From positions 160,001 through 224,000 of the forward strand of contig CAXXYE010000008.1 of assembly GCA_963674865.2 (NCBI GenBank): a stretch of 64,000 nucleotides of DNA, written 5' to 3'. Of the stretch, positions 29,276 to 37,626 are shown in pieces. The stretch is from Candidatus Hydrogenedentota bacterium (GTDB lineage Bacteria > Hydrogenedentota > Hydrogenedentia > Hydrogenedentales > SLHB01). The number at the start of each line of letters is the position of its first letter. Positions within the stretch are counted from its first letter, which is position 1. Position numbers and translations under genes: made by a program. The notes beneath the pieces are model-generated. The model had not been told where the DNA came from, did not search any database, and saw only the letters and a program-made list of their open reading frames with translations.

Positions 29276-30643
29276 ATGCCCGACGAAACCCCCGCAGCCG
29301 TTTTACTTGTGGACAGCGATCCCAATATCGCCCAGGAAGTCATGGCCTTTCTGGAAGAACACGGCTATGAGGTCGAGTGGGTGCAGGACGGGGAGAAGGC
29401 CTATAACCGGCTGGACAGCCGGATCTTCGATGTCCTCGTAACGGAACTCAACATCGAACGGATCGATGGAATGAGGCTCATGGCCGTGGCGAAGGACCGC
29501 AATCCGGAAATCTGCGTCGTGTTTATCACGGAGCGGACTGACGTGGCCTTGGCAACGGAGGCGATGCGTCAAGGGGCCTATGATTTCCAGACGAAGCCGC
29601 TCAACCTGGGCAAACTCGAAGCCGTCATCCAGCGGGGGCTGGGCCATCAACGGCTTGTCTTCGAGCAACACGAGCTGAAGCGCCGCTTGGACGAGCGCTA
29701 CGGGCTGGGCAACCTCGTCGGCAAGTCGCGCCAGATGATCCAGGTTTACAACGCCATCCGCCAGGTGGCGCCGACGAAGACCACGGTACTTATCCAGGGG
29801 GAGACGGGCACGGGCAAGGACCTCATTGCCCAGGCGCTCCACAACAACGGCCCCCGTCGCGATGCGCCTTTCGTCAAGCTCAACTGCGCCAGCATTCCCG
29901 AGGCGCTTGTCGAGAGCGAGCTGTTCGGCCACGTGCAAGGGGCCTTCACGGGGGCCGTCCGGGCGCGTCAAGGCCGTTTTGAACTGGCCGACAAAGGCAC
30001 CCTCTTCCTGGACGAAGTCGGCGAACTGACCCCCGCCCTCCAAGCCAAGCTTCTCCGCGTGCTCGAAAGCCGGCAATTCGAGCGCCTCGGCGATTCCCGC
30101 ACCATTTCGGTGGACGTGCGGCTCATCGCCGCATCAAACCGCTCCCTCGAGCAGATGGTTGGGGCGGGCGCCTTTCGCGACGATCTCTACTACCGGCTGC
30201 GCGTGGTCACCATCACGGTGCCCCCTCTTCGCGAGCGCCGGGAGGATATCCCGCTGCTCACCACCCGTTTCATTCGAGATGCTTGCGAGGCCAACGGCCG
30301 GGGGACGCACGGGATTACACGCAACGCCATGGACCTGCTCATGCGCTACGACTGGCCGGGCAACGTCCGCGAGCTGAAGAACATCATCGAGGGGATGGTG
30401 GTCATGACGCGCTCAGAGCGCACACTCGATGTAAACGACGTCCCCAGCCATGTGCGCCGCACGACCGCCCCGGAAGTCGGCGAGATACGCATCCCGACGG
30501 GCGTGCCGATGAAAGAGGTCGAGCGCATCGTCGTCGAGGAGACGATGAAGGTGTGCGGATTCAACAAAGAGGCGTGCGCGAAAATGCTGGGTATCGGGCT
30601 GCGGACGCTCTACCGAAAAATCAAAGAGTACGACATCCGCTAA
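29276..30643 (+). CDS. Sigma54-dependent transcriptional regulator (NtrC family)
   Basis: REC-like N-terminus; GETGTGKD, ESELFGH, GAFTGA, WPGNVREL; C-terminal HTH. Confidence 0.92.
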   Translation: MPDETPAAVLLVDSDPNIAQEVMAFLEEHGYEVEWVQDGEKAYNRLDSRIFDVLVTELNIERIDGMRLMAVAKDRNPEICVVFITERTDVALATEAMRQGAYDFQTKPLNLGKLEAVIQRGLGHQRLVFEQHELKRRLDERYGLGNLVGKSRQMIQVYNAIRQVAPTKTTVLIQGETGTGKDLIAQALHNNGPRRDAPFVKLNCASIPEALVESELFGHVQGAFTGAVRARQGRFELADKGTLFLDEVGELTPALQAKLLRVLESRQFERLGDSRTISVDVRLIAASNRSLEQMVGAGAFRDDLYYRLRVVTITVPPLRERREDIPLLTTRFIRDACEANGRGTHGITRNAMDLLMRYDWPGNVRELKNIIEGMVVMTRSERTLDVNDVPSHVRRTTAPEVGEIRIPTGVPMKEVERIVVEETMKVCGFNKEACAKMLGIGLRTLYRKIKEYDIR

Positions 30644-30670
30644 GGGGCTTGCGCCGGGACGCGGGAAATC

Positions 30671-30856
30671 CTACTCCCCTTCCTTCTTCTCGGGGTCTTC
30701 GGATTTTTCGGCAGTGTCCTTGTTCTTAACGCTCTCCTTGAACTCGGAGATGGCGCCGCCAAGCGAACGGCCGACTTGGGGGAGTTTTCCCGCGCCGAAG
30801 ATGATCAGCACGATGGCGAGGATGACGATCAGCTCGCCCATTCCTGGGGTCCACAT
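30671..30856 (-). CDS. tatA: Twin-arginine translocase TatA/E
   Basis: ELIVIL.IVLIIFGAGKLP..GRSLG.AI.EFK; AGGAG RBS. Confidence 0.92.
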   Translation of the reverse strand: MWTPGMGELIVILAIVLIIFGAGKLPQVGRSLGGAISEFKESVKNKDTAEKSEDPEKKEGE

Positions 30857-31036
30857 AGGACTGCTCCTGAAAAATAGCCTGTTTCTCTCTCAATACGACT
30901 CAATTAATTATAGTCTTTTCCTGTAAGGGTTCGCAATGACGCTATTTCGGCCCCGGTGGCTGGGTTGCCGATCGTGCCGTGCGTCAAGTCATTGGAAATG
31001 AAGACACCGACGAGACGGCCGGCCTATCCCACCGAC

Positions 31037-31580
31037 AGCCCCGAAGGGGCGGCCGCATGTAGCCGTGGGTGAGCGAAGCGAACCCACGGACATAGCCGCC
31101 CAACAGTCCATAGCCCCGAAGGGGTGGCCGGTACTGAGAGCAGGCCCGACCTTCGGTGGAATGTTCACGAATCCCCAGTGCCACGTGGTGTTTAGCACCA
31201 AGAGCCGCCTCCGCTGATTTCCGGTCAATTGCGTCCGTGTCTTCACGATTACATCGGCGGAACGCTTCGAAAACGTGAGGGCCTGCTCCACGAAATCGCT
31301 GGTACGGCCGACCACGTGCATCTCGTTCTGCGCTGGCGGCCTGATGGCTCGGTTTCGGATTCCGTGCGGGATATCAAGTGAAGCAAAGGCGCTGTCACCC
31401 CGTTCGGGGCTCTCGATGGGGAGGTCCCGTGTCCGTGGGCTCGCTTCGCTCACCCACGGCTACACGCGAGCGCCCCGTTCGGGGCGCGGGGCAATCTGCA
31501 TCAGGGTGTTCAGCCGAGGTGCCATGTCCGTGGGGTGCGCCGATCGTCCACCGGCATGGGCCATCACCCCGTTCGGGGCT
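31037..31580. repeat. REP-like palindrome clusters flanking a tnpA relic in inverted orientation
   Basis: agccccgaagggg (31037, 31112) vs ccccgttcggggc (~31398, 31473, 31567); gtagccgtgggtgagcgaagcgaacccacggac (31059-31091) with an inverted copy at 31431-31463. Confidence 0.8.
31161..31381 (+). pseudogene. IS200/IS605-type (HUH Y1) transposase fragment, frameshifted and truncated
   Basis: MFTNPQCHVVFSTKSR, frameshift, then PLISGQLRPCLHDYIGG...AGTADHVHLVL...SVSDSVRDIK*. Confidence 0.8.
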
Positions 31581-32070
31581 TCTGATAGTGTTTGATGTAC
31601 CGCCCTTCCCATGGTTCGCGCCTCCCCCGCAGGAACCGCACTTCCCGGGCAGATTCCTGGGCTAGAATATGTCGCCGGAACGGCTTCGATGCGGCCAAGG
31701 CGCTTTGCCTTACGGAGGAGAGGTTCCAGAGGGGGCTACGCGCGAGATGGTTCGGGCGGGTCCTCGTGGAGGCCCGCGCCAAACGCTTGGGACTTCCCGG
31801 GGAAGAGGGCGGAAACGAGCGCCTTTTCGTTCTGAAGCCGACTTTGCCGGCTCTTCTGAGCGCCGTTTTTCCGAGGAAAAGCGGCGATTGTAGATATGTG
31901 TCTACAGGAAATGCGTGCAAAACCAATGAAAAGCCGCAAAACCCCTTTCCATGACGCAGATCCGTCGTGCATTCTCTGAATACGCGGCGCGCGGAGGGTG
32001 TATCATAAGTGTGGGGACGGCACGCAACGTCAGTCTTTTGGGGGCCGTCAAGAATGCGAAAGGATAAGGG

Positions 32071-33084
32071 ATGAATAGCGCTGGGAAGTCGGCAGGCTGG
32101 ATTGTCGCCGGTGTTCTCCTGGCCGTGGCGGCCGCGGCACTGGGCTGGGGATACCATCAGAGCCGGAAAGTGGCCGAGTTGAGCGCCGAATTGGCGGATG
32201 TCCAACTGGCGCAGGCGCAGGTGGTTGATCCGGAGCGCTTGGCTGAGGTCGAGCGTGAGGCGGCGGAGTTGGCGCGCAAGTTGGCCGATGCGGAACGGCG
32301 CCTCCGCGAGATCGAAGGGGACAAGGCAGGAGAGGCGGCCCCGGAGGAGATAACGGCGGGGGACGCCTTGCAGAAGATGTTCCAGTCCTTTGCCGAGAAG
32401 GCGGAAGAAGACGACGGCGACAGCGGCGGCGGGAATCCGTTCCTCAAGATGTACGAGGGCGAGGAAGGAAAGAAGATGGCGGCGTATGCCGCCCGCATGG
32501 CCGTGGATATGCAGTACGGCGCGTTCTTCCAGGAGGCCGGGCTTTCACCGGAGGTCGAGCAGGAGGTCCGCGAGATTCTCGAACGCCACCTGGCCGATTC
32601 GATCACGGCCGCCGCAGCCGCGCAAGGCTCGGGCGACAAGGCCGAAGCGCTGAAGAAGATCGAAGAGAACGCGAAGGCCAATCTGCAAACGGCGTTGAGA
32701 GAGGTACTGAACCGCGATGAGTTGGCCGCATGGGAAGCCTACGAGGAAACCAAGGAAGAGCGCATGCTCGCCCAGAGCTACACCATGCAACTCACGATGT
32801 TCGCGCCCGGGCTCTCCGAGGAGAACCGTGAAATCGCGCAGGAGGTGTTGGTGGAAGAGACACTCGCCGCGGGACTCGAGGGCGGAGGCATGCAGTCCGG
32901 CGCCGACATGGCCGGGCAGCTTGAGAGTCACATGGCGGTGTTCGATCGCGCGCGCGAGCGCCTCGCGACGGCGCTCGACGAAGAGCAAATGGAGCAGTTC
33001 GATCGGTTTGTGGAGCGTCAGCGGGAGGCCCTTGATATGTTCGCCAACATGATGGGCCAGAAGCCGCAGGAAGACGAGAAATAG
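32071..33084 (+). CDS. Hypothetical membrane-anchored helical/coiled-coil protein
   Basis: N-terminal TM, Glu/Ala-rich helical sequence, typical codon usage. Confidence 0.7.
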   Translation: MNSAGKSAGWIVAGVLLAVAAAALGWGYHQSRKVAELSAELADVQLAQAQVVDPERLAEVEREAAELARKLADAERRLREIEGDKAGEAAPEEITAGDALQKMFQSFAEKAEEDDGDSGGGNPFLKMYEGEEGKKMAAYAARMAVDMQYGAFFQEAGLSPEVEQEVREILERHLADSITAAAAAQGSGDKAEALKKIEENAKANLQTALREVLNRDELAAWEAYEETKEERMLAQSYTMQLTMFAPGLSEENREIAQEVLVEETLAAGLEGGGMQSGADMAGQLESHMAVFDRARERLATALDEEQMEQFDRFVERQREALDMFANMMGQKPQEDEK

Positions 33085-33209
33085 GCGAAGGCGGCGCGCA
33101 TAGGCCCGTGAGCGTTTCGCCGGCCAATGAGGCCGGGCCTAATGCGCGTTCTGAAAAACGCTGAATCCTAGCAGGGCGGATTGTAATCCGCCGATGCCGC
33201 CTAGTGGCC

Positions 33210-34082
33210 CTAGTCGGAATACAGCGCCAAGTTCGTCCTCATGTCTCGGGAGACGGCCTCCACCTCGGCGGAGCGGCCGGACTCGCGGTATAGCCGGGCC
33301 AAGTGCAGACAGGCGGCGCGGTACACGTCCAGCGCGGGGGCGCCGAGCGACTCCACCGCGTCGAGCGCAAGTTGCGCGCAATCCTTGTAGCAGGTTTCCG
33401 CATCCTGAAGGCGCCCTGCCGCCTCGTGAATCTTCCCGAGCATGATTCGCAGTTGCATGCCGGGCAGCGTGACGTCAGGCGATTCCAGCCCTGCCCGGAT
33501 CACCTCCTGAGCGCGCTCGCGTTCATCAAAGCGAAGCAAAACCTCGGCATGGGCCTGGCGTGCGGCATGGCGCTCCGAGGGGGAGTGGGCGGCGGCTTCC
33601 GCCGTGGCGAATGCCTGCTCGGCTGCTTCAAGCTGCGGGGGATCGGTTTGTGCGTGGAATCGGCCAAGGGCGGTGTAGATTTGGGAAACCTCCGCCGTGC
33701 TCGCCACGGTTGCGAGATAGCCTCGGAGTTCTTCGATCCCCTCTTCCGGTGAGGAAGCGACGGTGGCGGCCTGAATGACCTTCTCTTCCGGCGTGGCCTC
33801 AGGCCTCGTATCCGAGCGCAGACGCCGGGCGCGCAGGGCAAGGTCATCGCTTTCCCCGTCCTCGCGTGTCCCCTTGTCGGAAGACGTACCTTTCGGGGTA
33901 TAGGCCTCGCGCTTCGTCACCAGCGGCGTGGCCCGCTCGCGGGTCTTTCCCGCCTTGCCGAAGAATCGATGCTCGCGAATCGGCGAATCGCCCCCGGAAC
34001 TCATCCTGGCGGCAACGCCGATCACCAGCCCGAAACCCAGGAGGACGGCAACAACTACAACGATCTGCTGCTTGTTGCTCAT
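33210..34082 (-). CDS. Hypothetical membrane-anchored TPR-like protein
   Basis: N-terminal TM; TPR-like helices (LGKIHEAAGRLQDAETCY, LARLYRESGR). Confidence 0.6.
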   Translation of the reverse strand: MSNKQQIVVVVAVLLGFGLVIGVAARMSSGGDSPIREHRFFGKAGKTRERATPLVTKREAYTPKGTSSDKGTREDGESDDLALRARRLRSDTRPEATPEEKVIQAATVASSPEEGIEELRGYLATVASTAEVSQIYTALGRFHAQTDPPQLEAAEQAFATAEAAAHSPSERHAARQAHAEVLLRFDERERAQEVIRAGLESPDVTLPGMQLRIMLGKIHEAAGRLQDAETCYKDCAQLALDAVESLGAPALDVYRAACLHLARLYRESGRSAEVEAVSRDMRTNLALYSD

Positions 34083-34225
34083 CCCTTGTACGATAGCCAA
34101 CCATCGGGCAAAAGGCAAGCGGACTAGCGTCAAGAGCCGTCTGGCCTACCGGGTGAGCGGGATTCAGATGGTGAGTGCCATGGGAGCCCCCGAAAGCTCG
34201 CCGGACAGCGCCCCGCCCGGGACGC

Positions 34226-35662
34226 TCACCCCGCCAGCCAACGCCAGAGGCATGCGACGGCTCCGCAAATGACGACGCCAAAGCCGATAGGCATGAAGGT
34301 GGCGAGCGCTGTCCATTTGGCGCTCTTCGTTTCCTTCCAGATCGTGAAGATCGTCGTGGAGCACGGATTGTGGCACAGGCTGAAGAGCATCAGGCAGATC
34401 GCCGTCAGGGTAGTCCACCCTCCCTCGCGTAGCAGCATGGCGAGCGTCGAGTTCTCGCTCGTCTCGAACATCACTCCGGCGCCCTGTTCACCGACTCCCG
34501 TGATGCCCGTTGCCATGACGGTGAGCATGAGGATCGTCGGGATGACGATCTCATTTGCCGGGATGGCCACGATGTAGGCCACCATGATCACCCCGTTTAG
34601 GCCGATCGCCCAGCCGATCGGATCGAGTGTCCCGATGGCCCACTCGGCGATCGAGGTGTCTCCGACTTTTATGTTCGCAATGCTCCACAGAACGACCCCG
34701 GCTGGAGCCGCGAACACCACGGCGCGCCACAACACGATCAGGGTGCGATCAATCAACGATGTGTATAGCGTTCTCAGGATCTGCGGGGGCCGGTAGGGGG
34801 GGAGCTCCAAACTGAACGTGGATGCTTCGCCCTTCAGCACCGTTCGTGAGAGAAGCCACGAGGCCAGGAAAGTGAGCGCGACGCCGAGCAGGGCCACTCC
34901 CAACACAGATCCCGCTGCGACGAAACCCGCCAAAGCCGGGGAAGCCAGCGAGCCCAGAAAAACCGTCGCGAGAAGAATCTGCGTCGGCCAGCGGCCGTTG
35001 CACAACGCGAAGTTGTTCGTGATGATCGCGATAAGCCGTTCGCGAGGCGAATCGATCACGCGTGTGGCCACTACGCCGGCTGCGTTGCAGCCCCAGCCCA
35101 TGCTCATTGTGAGTGCCTGCTTGCCGTGCGCCCCCGCCCGCCGAAACAGGTTGTCGAGGTTGAACGCGACACGCGGCAGATAACCAAAGTCCTCTAATAG
35201 CGTGAAGAGCGGGAAAAAGATGGCCATCGGCGGGAGCATGACGCTGATCACCCAAGCTGTCGTCAGGTATAGGCCGTCAACCAGGACCCCGGATAACCAC
35301 CACGGCATCCGGAGCACGTCGGCGACGTGCTTGAGAAATGGGTGTCCCTTCTCCAGCAGCAAGGTGGCCAACAAGCCGGAGGGGACGTTGGCCCCCTCGA
35401 TGGTGAGCCACAGTACCAACGCCAGCAAGAGAACCATAGTCGGGAAACCCGTCCAACGGTTCGTCAGAAACCAGTCGAGCCGGCGCTCCCACGAGAGCCG
35501 ATGCGATGCCCCGCGCTGATCCACGTTCCGGGATGCAATGCGTGCGGACTCCGCGTAGATGTCTTCCACCCAGCGGTCGCGAACGCCTTGGGGAAGCTCC
35601 CATCGGAGCTTCTCGGCCTGTTTGACGATCTGGTCGCCTGTCATAGTCTTGTCACCGCCCAT
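34226..35662 (-). CDS. feoB: FeoB membrane (gate) domain, split gene
   Basis: LEDFGYLPRVAF, MGWGCNAAG, F.LELPPYR.P, LCHNPCSTT. Confidence 0.88.
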   Translation of the reverse strand: MGGDKTMTGDQIVKQAEKLRWELPQGVRDRWVEDIYAESARIASRNVDQRGASHRLSWERRLDWFLTNRWTGFPTMVLLLALVLWLTIEGANVPSGLLATLLLEKGHPFLKHVADVLRMPWWLSGVLVDGLYLTTAWVISVMLPPMAIFFPLFTLLEDFGYLPRVAFNLDNLFRRAGAHGKQALTMSMGWGCNAAGVVATRVIDSPRERLIAIITNNFALCNGRWPTQILLATVFLGSLASPALAGFVAAGSVLGVALLGVALTFLASWLLSRTVLKGEASTFSLELPPYRPPQILRTLYTSLIDRTLIVLWRAVVFAAPAGVVLWSIANIKVGDTSIAEWAIGTLDPIGWAIGLNGVIMVAYIVAIPANEIVIPTILMLTVMATGITGVGEQGAGVMFETSENSTLAMLLREGGWTTLTAICLMLFSLCHNPCSTTIFTIWKETKSAKWTALATFMPIGFGVVICGAVACLWRWLAG

Positions 35663-35671
35663 GTCCTCTTA

Positions 35672-36463
35672 CTACTTCGTGGCGTGGTCCTCTTGCAGAT
35701 TGCCGATCGCGCCGGACGCGACGGCCTCCGCGATCCGGGGGTCGCCTTCCAGGAGGCGCAAAGCAATCCAGTTGCGATGCGGGACGTTTGGATACGTCGC
35801 CTCAAGCGTCGCGGCAATCTCGTCGATCGCCTCGCGTAGGCCGGGGACCTCGTATTTCAGTCGGCGCGGGGTGCATGGGGTCCTCCCATTCGCCATATCG
35901 TCAATCTCTTTCACGAGCCGATCGATGCCGCGTCCGCGCCTTGCCGCGGCCAAGACGACGGGTACTCCCAGGTCGCGGGCCAGGCCCCGTTCGTCCACGC
36001 TGACGCCGTGCGCCTCCGCCTCGTCGATCAAGTTCACGCAGACAATGGCGCGGTCCGTGATCTGAAGCACCTGCAGAGCGAGGTTCAGATTTCTCTCGAT
36101 GCGCGTGGCGTCAACGACAACTATTGTGACGTCGGGCCGCCCGAACAGGATGAAGTCGCGGGCGACTTCCTCGTCATCCGTCGCGGACAGCAGGGAATAG
36201 GTGCCCGGAAGATCCACAAGCTTGTATCTCTTCCCGGCGAGCGAGAAGGCGCCCTCCGCACGGGCGATCGTCTTGCCGGGCCAGTTGCCCGTGTGCTGCC
36301 GCAAACCGGTGAGCGCATTGAAGATGGTGCTCTTGCCGGTGTTAGGGTTTCCGGCCAGCGCGATAACGTAGTCCGCCTGCCCAAGCCTCATCCCGAGCCT
36401 CTCCAGCTTCGAGACCTCGGCGACAGGGCAATTCTCGCAAGTAGAATGTGGGTGTTTATCCAT
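35672..36463 (-). CDS. feoB: FeoB GTPase domain, split gene
   Basis: GNPNTGKS, TGNWPGKT, DLPGTYSL, NLIDE. Confidence 0.9.
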   Translation of the reverse strand: MDKHPHSTCENCPVAEVSKLERLGMRLGQADYVIALAGNPNTGKSTIFNALTGLRQHTGNWPGKTIARAEGAFSLAGKRYKLVDLPGTYSLLSATDDEEVARDFILFGRPDVTIVVVDATRIERNLNLALQVLQITDRAIVCVNLIDEAEAHGVSVDERGLARDLGVPVVLAAARRGRGIDRLVKEIDDMANGRTPCTPRRLKYEVPGLREAIDEIAATLEATYPNVPHRNWIALRLLEGDPRIAEAVASGAIGNLQEDHATK

Positions 36464-37373
36464 CGGTTCTATCTCTCGTCTTGCGGATCAATACGCGTTC
36501 GGCCTGTTCTTGGCGGAGGGCGATGGAGGCCTCGCGAACGCGGTAGGCGATAGGATTGCCGGCCGGACTCACCAAGTCCACACTTATTTCGGTGCCCGGT
36601 ACCACTCCGAGGTCAAGTAGACGGCTTCGCTCCAGGCCGCGACACAGCGGAGAAAGGCCCACCACGGATGCCCGCTCGCTCTCCCCCAGGCTCGACAGCC
36701 GCTGCAGCGATTCGTCGAACCGCTCCCCTTCATCCAACGGCACCACCGTGATCTGTCTTGCCGCATCTTGGGAGAAGTCGAAAGCGCGCCCCTCCGCAAG
36801 AATCCGAAGGCCTCGCTCAGCCTTTTCTTCAACGCGCAGGACTGTTCCCGGCGCAATGCTGGCCGCAGCGATGATGGCATAGAGTCGGGGCGGCTCGTCT
36901 TCGACGTGAAACACACGCCCTTCCCAGCCCACCGGGTAATCCGTCAGCGGCCGGCCGCGCTTCGGGGGCATTGTCCCCGAAGCCGTCGGGATAGGGTCGC
37001 CATGCGGGTCGAACCGGGGATGATCCAGGTCGCGGGCGAGTCTATCGAGATCGGCTTCGGAGAGCTTGTGCTCCTCGACGTGCGCCTGCGTGTGCCACTG
37101 ATTCTCGCTGACACCAGTCTTCCGCGCCAGGTAGGTTTCATACAGACGGTGTGCTCTCAGAACGTGCAGGGCATACTCCCGCCCGCTCTGCGTCAGTCTA
37201 AGGGCGCCCTGCTCGACCAAATCCGCCGATTCCAGATCGTTGATCAGGCGGCCCATCTGATCCGGCGGCATGGAAAGCTCATCCGCGAGCAGTTCCCGGG
37301 AGATGGGGCGCCCATCGTACTCGCATTCAGCGAGATGCTTAAGCGTATCCTGGATGGCAATCTGTTCGTTCAT
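36456..37373 (-). CDS. DtxR/MntR family regulator with FeoA domains
   Basis: RAHRLYETYL, EEH, P.FDPHGDPIP; C-terminal RLLDLGVVPGT..SPAGNPIAY.VR..IALR. Confidence 0.88.
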   Translation of the reverse strand: MNEQIAIQDTLKHLAECEYDGRPISRELLADELSMPPDQMGRLINDLESADLVEQGALRLTQSGREYALHVLRAHRLYETYLARKTGVSENQWHTQAHVEEHKLSEADLDRLARDLDHPRFDPHGDPIPTASGTMPPKRGRPLTDYPVGWEGRVFHVEDEPPRLYAIIAAASIAPGTVLRVEEKAERGLRILAEGRAFDFSQDAARQITVVPLDEGERFDESLQRLSSLGESERASVVGLSPLCRGLERSRLLDLGVVPGTEISVDLVSPAGNPIAYRVREASIALRQEQAERVLIRKTRDRTDG

Positions 37374-37626
37374 GAGATGTGTGGAGCCCCCACCAGCGCC
37401 GCATTATAGAGGGAAACACAACTCAAAGGCCGCAAATTCCGTCCCTTATTGAGTGAATACACCGAGCGAACAAGTCACGGCCATGCTATCGATACTGTCC
37501 GTGTGCTGCAACTTGCAGGCAGTGGCTGTGGCGCAACATCTGTTGACTTTCGCCCGCGGCGGCGCGTAGAGTCCGGAAGGGAACAAGACTAGCCAACTAC
37601 GCGGGGAGATCGAGGATGCCAAGCCC

